Source of the DNA: a virus
Taxonomy: Duplodnaviria > Caudoviricetes
Strand: one strand, 5' to 3'
Virus record (IMG/VR): IMGVR_UViG_3300042922_000770
Location: 1-24,017 of that record
Length of the DNA stretch: 24,017 bases
The translations under genes were made by a program, and so were the position numbers. The notes under the pieces are model-generated. The model did not search any database. It was given only the letters and a program-made list of their open reading frames with translations, and was not told the origin of the DNA. Of the stretch, positions 1 through 10,169 are shown in pieces. Position 1 is the first letter of the stretch, and each line of letters starts with the position of its first letter.

Positions 1-1120
1 CCAGGAAATCGCGGATCTGAAAGAGAAAAAAATCCTGACGGCCGGTCAGAAAAGCGTGCTCGCCAGCGAGCGGGATCTGCGTGCCCAGCTGGAGATTAAC
101 GCCAGCCTGGATAAGGCGAATGTGCAGCGGAAAATCGGCCTGCAGCTGCAGGAACAGAATCAGGAGCTGTACCGATCCACGCTCCAGCTGCAGCAGGAAT
201 ACAGCAACCGTGTGGCGCAGATGACGCTAAGTACGGACGCCTACGACCAGATGGTCGCGGAGCAGCAGGTGCGGGAGCGGTTTGCAAAACAACGTGAAGA
301 TTTAAATAAGAGGGTGTCTGATTCAACCTCTGTAATTTACAAAGAACAATCAGCCATTATCGAGGAAGAAGAAGCCAAGCAGCTCTCTATCGTTCGAGAC
401 GGCGCACAGCGCAAAAAAGAGGTGGAAGGCTCTGCAACGGATGGCATGAAGCGCGGACTGCAGGACTGGCGCGAAAGCGCCGAAAACCAGTTTGAACAGG
501 TACGGGATATTGCATCCAGCGCGATGACCGGCATGGGCGACGCGGTCTGGAATCTGGCGTCCAAGGGCAAAGCCGACTTCAAATCCTTTGCGGCATCGGT
601 CATTAACGACATCGGGCAGATGATCACGCGCATGCTGGTTTTAAACGCCGTCAAATCTGGCGCAACGTCCATGGGCGTAGGAAGCTGGTTCGGCTGGGCT
701 GACGGCGGCTATACCGGTGATGGCGGCAAGCACGACGTCGCCGGTGTCGTTCACCGTGGGGAGTGGGTTGTACCACAATCCGTGGTTAAAAAACCCGGCA
801 TGCTGAATTTCCTGAACCAGCTGACGTATGGCAAGGGGTACGCGGAGGGCGGGCCGGTTGGCGGTACTGTCAGGAATTCCGGCCCCAGCAACGCAGGCAG
901 CGGCAGCGCATCCGGTAGCGAACTGAATCTGAGTATTTCCATTCCAGTTCATATCATTCAGCAGGGCAGCACGACGGGCCAGCAACAGCCCTCCGGGCGC
1001 GATCAGCGTGCTGTCAGTTCTGAGGTGAAAGATCAGGTGAAACAGTACGTGATGGAGGTTCTGGACCGTGAAATGGGCAATGGCGGCGTAATCGACATGA
1101 AAATCAGGGCGGCGAACTAA
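1..1120 (+). CDS. Phage tail tape measure protein, C-terminal part (5' end outside window)
   Basis: Frame is open from base 2 to TAA at 1118-1120. Helical Q/E/A-rich sequence, lambda H-like C-terminal motifs ([16 protein letters not shown]; [25 protein letters not shown]), directly upstream of an M-like gene. Confidence 0.93.
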   Translation, partial: QEIADLKEKKILTAGQKSVLASERDLRAQLEINASLDKANVQRKIGLQLQEQNQELYRSTLQLQQEYSNRVAQMTLSTDAYDQMVAEQQVRERFAKQREDLNKRVSDSTSVIYKEQSAIIEEEEAKQLSIVRDGAQRKKEVEGSATDGMKRGLQDWRESAENQFEQVRDIASSAMTGMGDAVWNLASKGKADFKSFAASVINDIGQMITRMLVLNAVKSGATSMGVGSWFGWADGGYTGDGGKHDVAGVVHRGEWVVPQSVVKKPGMLNFLNQLTYGKGYAEGGPVGGTVRNSGPSNAGSGSASGSELNLSISIPVHIIQQGSTTGQQQPSGRDQRAVSSEVKDQVKQYVMEVLDREMGNGGVIDMKIRAAN

Positions 1121-1467
1121 TGGCACTGGAAACATTCACCTGGTCACCACAAAACGGTCCTACGGCAGACATCGAAAACCGGAATACGACTGCGCAATAT
1201 GGCGATGGCTACTCGCAGGTTGTGGGGGACGGGATTAATACGGAATCGCAGTCGTGGCCGCTGACATTTACTGGCTACAAATCGGAAATCCTGCCAATTC
1301 TGGCGTTTCTCCGGTCGCATGCGGAACGTCGAGCGTTCAAATGGATAAATCCGCTGGGTGAACTGGGGCTGTATCACGGGAAGTCGATAAAACCCACCAT
1401 TATTGATTTTGAGCGGATGTCTGTTACGGTCACACTCGTCACGGCCTACCGTGCGGAACCAATTTAA
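1120..1467 (+). CDS. Phage minor tail protein M (lambda gpM-like)
   Basis: 115 aa, METFTW..., AQYGDGYSQVVGDGIN motif, TAATG overlap with the tape measure stop. Confidence 0.92.
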   Translation: MALETFTWSPQNGPTADIENRNTTAQYGDGYSQVVGDGINTESQSWPLTFTGYKSEILPILAFLRSHAERRAFKWINPLGELGLYHGKSIKPTIIDFERMSVTVTLVTAYRAEPI

Positions 1468-1476
1468 GAGGGAAGA

Positions 1477-1824
1477 ATGAAAAAAATTACCGGCGCGCTA
1501 ATGGTGGCGGCCCTTACCGTAACCAGCGTGGCAGCACAGGCACGCGAACTCTCCCCTAAAGAGAAAGGAATTATTGAAGATGTCACTAAGCAGCAGCTAA
1601 AAGATCCGGAGAGCGCGAGATTTTTTTGGCAAGATTACAAGGGTGGGGAAATTTACTGCGCTCACGTTAATGCAAAGAACTCGTATGGAGGTTATGCGGG
1701 AAAGTCACTGCTTATCGCGGGTGTTAAAACTAGCAGCAACGGTGAAATTATATCCGCAGAAGTCACGACCCATAACGACAGTTTGATGAATCCTATCTGC
1801 ACAAAACGCGGTTACAAAGTTTAA
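1477..1824 (+). CDS. Hypothetical secreted/periplasmic protein inserted in the tail operon (moron-like)
   Basis: GAGGG RBS, Sec signal peptide (MKKITGALMVAALTVTSVAAQA), LKDPESARF and YCAHVNAKNSYGGYAG motifs, two Cys, more AT-rich than flanks, followed by a terminator. Confidence 0.85.
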   Translation: MKKITGALMVAALTVTSVAAQARELSPKEKGIIEDVTKQQLKDPESARFFWQDYKGGEIYCAHVNAKNSYGGYAGKSLLIAGVKTSSNGEIISAEVTTHNDSLMNPICTKRGYKV

Positions 1825-1850
1825 TTACTATCAAAAGCACACCCACTCCC

Positions 1851-1873
1851 GACCCCGCTCTGCGGGGTTTTTT
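1851..1873 (+). terminator. Intrinsic terminator after the inserted gene
   Basis: ACCCCGC-TCT-GCGGGGT hairpin followed by a T-run. Confidence 0.75.
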
Positions 1874-1878
1874 GTTAT

Positions 1879-1894
1879 TGGGACCACGGTCCCA
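1879..1894. promoter_or_regulatory. sopC: sopC-type centromere site (SopB-binding palindrome) 1
   Basis: TGGGACCACGGTCCCA, the 16-bp inverted repeat core of F sopC / N15 IR sites; sopAB is present in the window. Confidence 0.9.
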
Positions 1895-1909
1895 TTTTGC
1901 GAGACACCC

Positions 1910-2659
1910 ATGACTATCACAGCCGATCACCAGAAACTGGAGCCGGGCAGCGCCGTTCGCCTGATTGAGGTCGACGGTACCGCGTTTGGTGCTGACGTTC
2001 TTTATTTCCACAACCACGCCATACCCTACACCGCTGCCGAAATTCAGGCCGCCGGTACGGACGAGGCGAACCTCCCCGGAAAGTCGATTATCTGGCAGGG
2101 TATTCGCTACGACGCGTGGCCATGCAAAATTGAGGACATCGAGTCGAACGGCGACGGCACCGCCGCGTCACCGAAACTTTCGGTGGCCAACCTCGATGGC
2201 AGCATCTCGTCGTTGTGTCGCATGTACGAAGACATGAAGCAGGCGAAGGTCACCATTCACGAAACCTACGCTCATTATCTCGATGCCGCGAATTTTCCCG
2301 GTGGCAATCCTACAGCCAATCCGGCAGCTGAGACGATCGAGGTGTTTTACATCGACAGCAAATCAGCTGAGAACGAAACCACGGTGCAGTTTACGTTGTC
2401 CTCGCCGGTTGACGTAACCGGTCAGAAATTGCCGGCTCGTCAGATGACGAACCGCTGCAAATGGTGTCTGGAGGGGCAGTATCGCGGCCCTGACTGCGGT
2501 TACACCGGCACGCGGTATTTCGACAAATTCGGCAACCCGGTCGATAACCCTGCCGCTGACGAATGTCCGGGCACGGTTAACGGCTGCAAACTGCGGCATG
2601 GCCCTGATGCACGGCTGCCGTTCGGCGGCTTCCCGGCCATTGGTCTGATAAGGATGTAG
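1910..2659 (+). CDS. Phage minor tail protein L (lambda gpL-like)
   Basis: 249 aa, QKLEPG..VRLIEVDGT N-terminus, C-terminal Cys cluster (C-W..YRGPDCGY..D.C..C..R) and FGGFP end. Confidence 0.93.
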   Translation: MTITADHQKLEPGSAVRLIEVDGTAFGADVLYFHNHAIPYTAAEIQAAGTDEANLPGKSIIWQGIRYDAWPCKIEDIESNGDGTAASPKLSVANLDGSISSLCRMYEDMKQAKVTIHETYAHYLDAANFPGGNPTANPAAETIEVFYIDSKSAENETTVQFTLSSPVDVTGQKLPARQMTNRCKWCLEGQYRGPDCGYTGTRYFDKFGNPVDNPAADECPGTVNGCKLRHGPDARLPFGGFPAIGLIRM

Positions 2660-2661
2660 TT

Positions 2662-3375
2662 ATGCTGAGCCAGCGTTTAATTACCGCCATCGGGCGGCAC
2701 GCGGAGCAGGTTTACCCGCAGGAGTGTTGCGGCCTGATTGTCCGGGCCGGTCGCCAGCGGCGCTACATTCCCTGCAAAAATACCCACGACCAGCCCACAG
2801 AGCATTTCCGGATTGACGCTGCAGACTGGGCTGAGGCTGAAGACACTGGCGAGGTGCTGGCCGTTGTGCATTCACATCCGGATGCCGGGCCGCACGCGTC
2901 CCCGGTGGATCGGCAGGCCTGTCATGAAACCGGCCTGCCCTGGGTGATTATGGCGTGGCCGGGGGGCGAAACCAGCGTCATCACCCCGGAAGATCGTCCA
3001 CCGCTACTTGGACGACCTTTTATCCACGGCAGCTGGGACTGCTACGGGCTGATCCGGGACTGGTACAGCCAGGAGCGCGGCATTGCCCTGCCGGATTTTG
3101 AGCGTACCGACAACTGGTGGACGCGGGGCGAAAACCTGTACGTACGGCATTACGCCGATGCCGGATTTGTCTCCCATGCCGGCGAGCTGGAGCCGGGCGA
3201 CGTGATCCTGATGCAGTACAAAGCCGACGAAATCAATCACGCCGGCGTGTATCTGGGTGACGGGAAAATGCTCCACCACATGTACGGCAAACTGAGTGAA
3301 GTTGTGCCCTATGGCGGTTTCTGGCGCAATCGCACGATGATGACACTGAGGTTCAAACATGCTGAATCCGATTGA
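2662..3375 (+). CDS. Tail assembly protein K (JAB/MPN + NlpC/P60 domains)
   Basis: P.ECCG, VHSHP...S..D JAB motif, DCYGLIRDWY and HAGVYLGDGKMLHH NlpC/P60 motifs. Confidence 0.93.
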   Translation: MLSQRLITAIGRHAEQVYPQECCGLIVRAGRQRRYIPCKNTHDQPTEHFRIDAADWAEAEDTGEVLAVVHSHPDAGPHASPVDRQACHETGLPWVIMAWPGGETSVITPEDRPPLLGRPFIHGSWDCYGLIRDWYSQERGIALPDFERTDNWWTRGENLYVRHYADAGFVSHAGELEPGDVILMQYKADEINHAGVYLGDGKMLHHMYGKLSEVVPYGGFWRNRTMMTLRFKHAESD

Positions 3376-3958
3376 AAAAATCGTGCTCGTCCGGCTATAC
3401 GGCAAGCTGGGCAAACATTTCGGGCGTGAGCACAGGCTGTCGGTTTCCTCTGTGCGGGAGGCAATACGCGCGCTCTGCATCATGATCCCAGGTTTCGAGC
3501 GCTGGCTGGAAATCAGCCAGGAGCGCGGGGTAACGTACACCGTGTTCAACGGCACGCAGAACATGACCGAGCAGGATCTGAAACTGAACGGCGTTCACGA
3601 CGTCATCCGCATCGCACCGGTCATTATCGGCAGCAAAAAGGCCGGCACATTCCAGACCATTTTTGGTGCCGTGCTGGTTGCGGTCGGATTCGTGCTGAGC
3701 TTTACGCCGTGGGCTGCCGCATCGCCGTTCCTCTACAAATTTGGTGCGGCCATGATGCTGGGCGGTGTCTCGCAGATGCTCTCGCCGACAGGAACGCAGG
3801 GCATGACCAGTGAAACCAGTGATACACGCAAAAGTTATTCGTTCGGCGCGCCGGCGAATCAGATGGCTGCCGGCAGCGCCATGCCTGTTCTGTACGGGGA
3901 GCGAGAGATAGGCGGTGTGCTGATCAGCGGCGGCATCTATGCCGAACAGCAGCAGTAA
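3359..3958 (+). CDS. Tail assembly protein I (lambda gpI-like)
   Basis: VRLYGKLGKHFGR N-terminus, hydrophobic middle, PVLYGE..IGG C-terminus; position between K and J. Confidence 0.92.
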   Translation: MLNPIEKIVLVRLYGKLGKHFGREHRLSVSSVREAIRALCIMIPGFERWLEISQERGVTYTVFNGTQNMTEQDLKLNGVHDVIRIAPVIIGSKKAGTFQTIFGAVLVAVGFVLSFTPWAAASPFLYKFGAAMMLGGVSQMLSPTGTQGMTSETSDTRKSYSFGAPANQMAAGSAMPVLYGEREIGGVLISGGIYAEQQQ

Positions 3959-3978
3959 AAATAATAAAAACCAACCAC

Positions 3979-4002
3979 TCCCGCTCCGGCGGGATTTTTT
4001 TT
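3979..4002 (+). terminator. Intrinsic terminator-like hairpin between I and J
   Basis: TCCCGC-TCCG-GCGGGA followed by 8 T. Confidence 0.65.
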
Positions 4003-4015
4003 GCCTGGAGTTTGT

Positions 4016-7000
4016 ATGGTACAGATGATCGCGGGTTCGAAAGGAAGCGGCGGCGGGGGCAGCAGCGACAAGGGCGGCAACCGTGGTACGGAAATAGCCT
4101 CCGTAGCGTACATGAAGCTGCTGCTGGCGCTGTCCGAGGGCGAAATCGCCGGCGGTTTTACCGGGAAAGACATTTATCTCGACGGCACACCGCTTCAGGA
4201 TGAGAACGGGTTGGCCAACTTTCCGGGCGTTACGTGGGAGTGGCGCAGCGGTACGCCTGACCAGGATTACATTCAGGGTTTTCCGTCCGTCGAAAACGAA
4301 ACATCGCTGGGCTACGAGCTGAAATACGGCACGCCGTGGGTAAAATCTATCACTAACACCCAGCTCTCCGCCGTTCGCCTGCGCCTGAAATTCCCGAACG
4401 GGCTGTACTACATGCGAGACAGCGGCGGCAAAAACGGCTACCGCGTGGAATACGCCATTGATATTTCAACGGACGGATCAACCTATACCGAATACGGCAC
4501 CGATGCCGCTGATGGCATTGGCAACACCGGCTATGAGCGCAGCTATCGTATCGATCTGCCGCCGGCGACGTCGGGCTGGCAGATCCGCGTTCGCCGCCTG
4601 ACCGAGAACAGCACCGACGGCCGCCATGCCGACACCACGCGCATCGAGTCGATGTCCGAAATCGTCGACGCAAAACTGGCGTACCCGCACACCGCGCTGC
4701 TGTTCATCCAGTTTGACGCAAAATTATTCGATGGCCGTACGCCGACCGTAACGGTCAAAACGAAAGGCATCCTGTGCCGCATCCCGGCGAACTATGACCC
4801 TGTGAACCGGACCTATGCCGGCACATGGGACGGCACGTTCAGATGGGCCTGGACGAACAACCCGGCATGGGTGTTTTACGATCTGGTGCTGAGCAAGCGC
4901 TACGGGCTGGGCCGGCGCATCAGCGCTGATCAGGTCGACAAATGGGCGCTGTATAAAATTGCGCAGTACTGCGATGCGCCGGTATCAGACGGCGCAGGCG
5001 GCAAAGAGGCGCGTTTCCTGTGCGATCTGTACCTGCAGTCGCGCAGCGATGCCTGGACCGTCCTGATGGACATGGCATCAATTTTCCGGGGCATGCTGAG
5101 CTGGTCGAACAACCTGCTGACAGTCGATGCCGACATGCCGCGAGAGCTCGATCCGGATTTCGTGTTCAACAAATCAAACATTGTCGGCCAGTTCAACTTC
5201 TCCGGTTCGTCAGAAAAAACCAATTATTCGGCGGCGATCGTCACCTACAGTAACCCGGCCAACGGGTATAAGGACGATCAGGCCAGCGTACACGTGCAGG
5301 CGGTTTCCAGCCGGTTTGGGTTTAATACGCTGGATATGACAGCCGTGGGCTGTACGCGTGAATCCGAAGGGCAGCGGCGCGGCCTGTGGGCCATTGAAAC
5401 CAACCGTGACGATAACGCGGTCGAGTTCACTACCGGCATGGAGGGGCGTCTCCCGCGCGTGGGTAAAATCATTGGCGTGAATAATGCACCGCTGGCCGGA
5501 CGGGCGAACGGCGGGCGCGTGGCGGCAGCGACGGCCACCAAAATTACGCTGGACAGGAACGTGGCCGCAAAAGCCGGTGACCGGCTGATCGTCAACCTCC
5601 CGACCGGGAAATCAGAAGGGCGCGACGTTAAATCGGTTTCCGGGCGTGTCCTGACCGTCACCCAGCCTTTCAGCGTGGTCCCGGATACGGAGTCTGCCTG
5701 GGTACTCGACCAGCCCGATCTGGGCATCCAGTTATTCCGCGTCAAACGAGTGGCGCGCAAGGACGACAATCTCGTCACCATCAGCGGGTTGCCGTACAAC
5801 CCGAACAAATTCGCGCGCATCGATGACGGCGCGATTATTGAAGATCGGCCTGTGAGCATCGTCCCGCCACGCAATCAGGAAATGCCGTCGAACATTCAGA
5901 TCGGCAGTTCATACCGCGTGGAGCAGGGCATCGGGATCACCACCATGGAGGTGACGTGGGACGGTGTGAAAAATGCGGTGGCGTACGAGGCGCAGTGGCG
6001 GCAGAACAGCGGCGACTGGATTAACGCCTCCCGCACCGGAAACACGCGGTTTGAGGTCGATGGCATTTACGCGGGGCGCTACACCGTCCGCGTGAGGGCC
6101 ATCAACGCGCTTGATGTGGCCTCCGCCTGGGCGACGTCTGTGGAAACGCAACTGAACGGCAAAGTCGGTAAGCCGCCGATCCCCGTTAATCTGAAAACGG
6201 AATCGCTGGTATTCGGTATCAGGCTGAGCTGGAGTTTTCCCGCCGGCGCGCAGGATACGCTGAAAACCGAAATCCACTACAGCGAAACCAGTGCCGGCGA
6301 CAGCCCGCTTCTGCTGTCTGATGTGCCGTATCCGTCATCCAGCTACCAGCAGATGGGCCTGCTGGCCGGGAAGCGCTTCTGGTACCGGGCGCGGCTGGTA
6401 GACCGTATCGGGAACCAGGGCGACTGGACAGAGTGGGTAATGGGCGAATCCAGTACTGACGTATCCGACATCACCAAAGCCGTACTCGAGCAGATGATGC
6501 AGACAGAACTGGTTAAGGACATGATCGAGGATGCCGTTGCGACAAACAAAACCGTGGCAGATATGGCTGACCAGATCGCCCAGAATGCAGATCAGCTGGC
6601 CGAGGCAGTCGGCGCGAACCGGCAGATGGCGGAAGGCCTGATTCAGCACTCGCTGGCCATCGCCGACATTGTTTTCCGTCAGTCAGTCCAGAATGGGGCG
6701 AACTCAGCGAAATTTGAACAACTGCGTGAGGTGGTAGCGACCGAGACAGAGGCACGCGTTACCGATGTTACGCGACTGGAGGCCAAAACCGACGGGAACA
6801 CGGCAGAACTGGTGGAAGTTCGTCAGGCATTGACCACGGAAACAGAAGCACGTGCAACGGCTGTTGATCAGCTCACTGCACAAACGCAGGAGAACACCGC
6901 TAGCGTCACCGAACTCACGCAGGCTGTTACCGAACTGGATTCGTCCACAGCGTCACGGTTCGATGAGCTGACGGCAGAGATTGCGGGCCAGGACGGCCAG

Positions 7001-7822
7001 ACCGGTGCCATAAAGGGAAGCCTCCAGAATACGGGCGTGGCGCTGATCCAGAGTACGCTTGCGCAGGTAAGTCTCTCGCAACAACTCAGCGTGCAGTATG
7101 GGGATAATAAAGCTGGCATCGCTCGCGTTGACAACGTGATGGCCGATGCCACGAAAGCTGTGGCTGAATCCCTGAAAACACTGGATGCGAATGCGGGCGG
7201 TGGCACGGCAAATACCACCGATTTTGCGAAAGCGATGGCGGATTTCTCGCAGGCCGCGGCGCAGAAAATCAATACGATGACGGTCACGCTAAACGGCCAG
7301 ACGGCGGCGATTACTGAAACGTCAAAGGTTCTGTCGGACCTGTCCGGGAATATTAACGCCATGTATTCCGTGAAAATTGCCGCTGATGTTAACGGCGTTA
7401 AATACATGGCCGGGATCGGGCTGGGACTTGAAAATACGCCGGCGGGGATGCAGTCACAAATGGTTGTTCTCGCTGACCGGTTTGCGGTGATGGCGCAGGC
7501 CGGGGGCACGGTGATGTTGCCGCTGGTTGTCCAGGGCGGGCAGACATTTATCAACCAGGCGCTTATCGGGAAAGGCTGGATCCAGAACGCCATGATTGGG
7601 GACTACATCCAGTCGAACTCCTGGGACGGGACCGGCAATGTCGGCTGGCACATCAATAAATCGGGTTTCGCCACCTTCAACGGGGTGACGGTGCGCGGCA
7701 GCATTTACGCAACCAGCGGTAATTTTGCATTTAACGGAGCAAATAACGTGGTGGTTATCGACGGTAACGGTCTGACGGTAAACCTCCCCGGTGGCGGCAT
7801 GATCAGAGTGGGGACGTGGTAA
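4016..7822 (+). CDS. Tail tip / host specificity protein J
   Basis: ATG at 4016 after GGAG; ~1268 aa; LSEGEI.G, WAWTNNPAW.FYD, FN3-like region, coiled-coil region, IGDYIQS...GW.I.K.G C-terminal motif. Confidence 0.95.
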   Translation: MVQMIAGSKGSGGGGSSDKGGNRGTEIASVAYMKLLLALSEGEIAGGFTGKDIYLDGTPLQDENGLANFPGVTWEWRSGTPDQDYIQGFPSVENETSLGYELKYGTPWVKSITNTQLSAVRLRLKFPNGLYYMRDSGGKNGYRVEYAIDISTDGSTYTEYGTDAADGIGNTGYERSYRIDLPPATSGWQIRVRRLTENSTDGRHADTTRIESMSEIVDAKLAYPHTALLFIQFDAKLFDGRTPTVTVKTKGILCRIPANYDPVNRTYAGTWDGTFRWAWTNNPAWVFYDLVLSKRYGLGRRISADQVDKWALYKIAQYCDAPVSDGAGGKEARFLCDLYLQSRSDAWTVLMDMASIFRGMLSWSNNLLTVDADMPRELDPDFVFNKSNIVGQFNFSGSSEKTNYSAAIVTYSNPANGYKDDQASVHVQAVSSRFGFNTLDMTAVGCTRESEGQRRGLWAIETNRDDNAVEFTTGMEGRLPRVGKIIGVNNAPLAGRANGGRVAAATATKITLDRNVAAKAGDRLIVNLPTGKSEGRDVKSVSGRVLTVTQPFSVVPDTESAWVLDQPDLGIQLFRVKRVARKDDNLVTISGLPYNPNKFARIDDGAIIEDRPVSIVPPRNQEMPSNIQIGSSYRVEQGIGITTMEVTWDGVKNAVAYEAQWRQNSGDWINASRTGNTRFEVDGIYAGRYTVRVRAINALDVASAWATSVETQLNGKVGKPPIPVNLKTESLVFGIRLSWSFPAGAQDTLKTEIHYSETSAGDSPLLLSDVPYPSSSYQQMGLLAGKRFWYRARLVDRIGNQGDWTEWVMGESSTDVSDITKAVLEQMMQTELVKDMIEDAVATNKTVADMADQIAQNADQLAEAVGANRQMAEGLIQHSLAIADIVFRQSVQNGANSAKFEQLREVVATETEARVTDVTRLEAKTDGNTAELVEVRQALTTETEARATAVDQLTAQTQENTASVTELTQAVTELDSSTASRFDELTAEIAGQDGQTGAIKGSLQNTGVALIQSTLAQVSLSQQLSVQYGDNKAGIARVDNVMADATKAVAESLKTLDANAGGGTANTTDFAKAMADFSQAAAQKINTMTVTLNGQTAAITETSKVLSDLSGNINAMYSVKIAADVNGVKYMAGIGLGLENTPAGMQSQMVVLADRFAVMAQAGGTVMLPLVVQGGQTFINQALIGKGWIQNAMIGDYIQSNSWDGTGNVGWHINKSGFATFNGVTVRGSIYATSGNFAFNGANNVVVIDGNGLTVNLPGGGMIRVGTW

Positions 7823-8781
7823 TGGGGCAGGGAATATATATTGATTTAAATGATGGTGGCCCTCCGATGGAAATCACTGCCGGGCTGCGATGCCCGTCAT
7901 ACAGCCTGAGTATTCCTGATACGTGGGATGTGAACCAGTACACGCTGCCGAACTACGTTGCCGGCAGTCAGGTAGTCATCATGCCGAAGAGCTGCGTTTA
8001 CTCCCTGAATCGGGGCACCAACCTCATTGCCTCCATTGCCGTACTCGACAGCATTTCCGTATCAGGTAACACGGTAACGCAGAATGTGTGGTGGTCAGAT
8101 AACTGGGGAAGGGCCAAATCATTTCCAGCCACCGTGTGGCAAATACTGCCCGCATCATCCGGGCGTGGCCTGCTGATCCAGAACAGTACTGATTTTACGT
8201 CCATCACTGATAACACGATGGTCGGTCAGTGTGCCTGGCGCGGTACGGTTAGCATTAATGGGTCATGGTCACCGCCGGATATTCCTGGTCTGACGCGCGA
8301 CCAGTACCTTGTTTTCGCGAAATGGAGCGCACCTGGTGTTGTTATTGACTATGACGGCACCACTATCCGGGCTCTTGCAGAGCGTGATGGCTCAGATATT
8401 GCTGCCTCTGTAACCATGCAGATCGCGATTTTTGCGAGTGGCGTAGCGCCAGTCCCTGGTCCCGGCCTGAATATATTTAACGCAGCCGGGAGGTGTGTGT
8501 TTTCCACAACGAAACGGCCATTCGTATACGGGAACGTCACATGGGTGCCCACCTGGAACGAAACCGACATAGGAAACACGATGATTATGCTTGGCCGGTA
8601 CGGGTACGACAGCTCATTAGCTGGCGGCTGGGACTGGCTCAAATTTGCCGGACTGGTCCGGAACGGCAACGCTGTGCGCTGCGGTAAAGGCAAGGTCAGT
8701 GCGAGCTGGACAGATAAGTATCCGGTTACCGGAAGACGGCTGACGTCGATTGCGGTCCCCTGCATCGACGCTATGTATTAA
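7822..8781 (+). CDS. Accessory tail protein following J (N15/phiKO2/phi80-type)
   Basis: TAATG overlap with the J stop; 319 aa, beta-rich, GLNIFNAAGRCVFST..RP motif typical of post-J tail proteins. Confidence 0.75.
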   Translation: MGQGIYIDLNDGGPPMEITAGLRCPSYSLSIPDTWDVNQYTLPNYVAGSQVVIMPKSCVYSLNRGTNLIASIAVLDSISVSGNTVTQNVWWSDNWGRAKSFPATVWQILPASSGRGLLIQNSTDFTSITDNTMVGQCAWRGTVSINGSWSPPDIPGLTRDQYLVFAKWSAPGVVIDYDGTTIRALAERDGSDIAASVTMQIAIFASGVAPVPGPGLNIFNAAGRCVFSTTKRPFVYGNVTWVPTWNETDIGNTMIMLGRYGYDSSLAGGWDWLKFAGLVRNGNAVRCGKGKVSASWTDKYPVTGRRLTSIAVPCIDAMY

Positions 8782-8800
8782 CCCTGCATCACATTCAGAT

Positions 8801-8822
8801 AACCCGCTTAGGCGGGTTTTTT
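8801..8822 (+). terminator. Intrinsic terminator-like hairpin before the tail fibre gene
   Basis: AACCCGC-TTAG-GCGGGTT followed by a T-run. Confidence 0.65.
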
Positions 8823-8838
8823 ATTGTCCGGAGAAAAT

Positions 8839-10059
8839 ATGATTTACACAACAGGCACTATCGCCGCAAATGGCAACACACTGACCGGCACCGGAACCAG
8901 CTGGACGGCGGCAGGCTCACTTATCCGCAACGGTTGCACGGTCATTGTCTTTTCCACCCCGTTACAGGCATTTCAGATAACGAGTATCGACAGTGCGACA
9001 CAGCTTACCGTCACACCCGCCGCCAGCCCGGCAATCGCTGCTGGTCAGCGATACGCGATTCTGGTCAGTGATTCGCTCAGCGTTGATGGACTGGCGCAGG
9101 ATATTGCTGAGACGTTCGGCATGTACCAGCGTTACATGGGGGGCTTTGCTGATGTCATGAACGGCGCCGGCGATGTCACCATCACCATCAACGGTAGCCA
9201 GGTAACCGTACCTGGACAAAAAACGCTGGCGAAAAAAGGCATAAATAAGGACATCACCAGTCTGGAAGGGCTGACCACGCCACTAAGTCGCTCGCAGGGA
9301 GGCACAGGATCTGATTCTCCTTTCGGGACAGCAGCGGGTTCATTCGCACAGGGGAATGATGAGCGTCTCAATACAGTTAGCAACAAAACCGGCGGGCTGG
9401 TAAAAAGCAAAATAGTTTTCAATGCCAACAGCACTTCGAAAGGGATAACCGTAGCTTCACTTAATCCCTCTGACTTTTCTGCTATGTATGCTTCGGATGA
9501 GTCTTCCGCTGTATCGATTTCGCCTGCCAGAGTGACCATAGGCTCATTTTATCCGGAGTTTACCGATAAGCATTACGTTGATGGCAGGTATGCCGGCGTG
9601 TTTTATCGGGGTACCGTTCACACCAATACCGAACCAGTAGTGCACTGGGGGTATACCTTTGAAAGTGGGGCTGTATCTTCACAAATTCTTCAGTACAGGC
9701 CAACACTTGGCACCCTGTATGTCTCAGGTTCTGTAACATCTCCGGTGATTGCCCAGACATCAGATCTGGACTGCAAAGATAAAGTAGAAGTCATACCCGA
9801 CGCCATGTCGAAAATAAATGCTATCAGGGGTGTCACGTTTAACTGGGCCGCAACAGGCTATCCATCGGCGGGTGTAATTGCTCAGGAAATAAAAGAGGTA
9901 CTGCCGGAATGTATTTCTCAGCAGCAAAATGCTGAAGGTGAGAGATTTTATGCAGTTGAGTATGCAGGCGTGGTTGGTTTGTGTGTTGAAGCGATAAAAG
10001 CACTGAACGAAAAAGTCGCGCAACTTGAACGAGCTTTGGCAGGATGTGACCAGGGCTGA
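8839..10059 (+). CDS. Tail fibre protein with C-terminal peptidase S74-type intramolecular chaperone
   Basis: ATG 8839 after GGAG; MIYTTGTI..NGNTLTGTGT.W N-terminus; C-terminal SD...K..V..I..A..KI..IRGVTF.W, GVIAQE..EVLPE, V.Y.G...L.VEAIK.L chaperone motifs. Confidence 0.9.
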   Translation: MIYTTGTIAANGNTLTGTGTSWTAAGSLIRNGCTVIVFSTPLQAFQITSIDSATQLTVTPAASPAIAAGQRYAILVSDSLSVDGLAQDIAETFGMYQRYMGGFADVMNGAGDVTITINGSQVTVPGQKTLAKKGINKDITSLEGLTTPLSRSQGGTGSDSPFGTAAGSFAQGNDERLNTVSNKTGGLVKSKIVFNANSTSKGITVASLNPSDFSAMYASDESSAVSISPARVTIGSFYPEFTDKHYVDGRYAGVFYRGTVHTNTEPVVHWGYTFESGAVSSQILQYRPTLGTLYVSGSVTSPVIAQTSDLDCKDKVEVIPDAMSKINAIRGVTFNWAATGYPSAGVIAQEIKEVLPECISQQQNAEGERFYAVEYAGVVGLCVEAIKALNEKVAQLERALAGCDQG

Positions 10060-10105
10060 CGCACAACAAAAAGTCTGTCCTGGTGATTGATAGTTTTAAC
10101 CAGTA

Positions 10106-10148
10106 TTGATCTGCCTCCGAATTAAAACTACTGTATATATACACAGTA
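10106..10148 (+). promoter_or_regulatory. SOS promoter of umuDC with LexA box
   Basis: TTGATC(10106)-N17-TACTGT(10129); LexA box TACTGTATATATACACAGTA (CTG-N10-CAG) at 10129-10148 overlapping the -10. Confidence 0.9.
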
Positions 10149-10169
10149 AGTTACAAAGGAGGTAATTAT

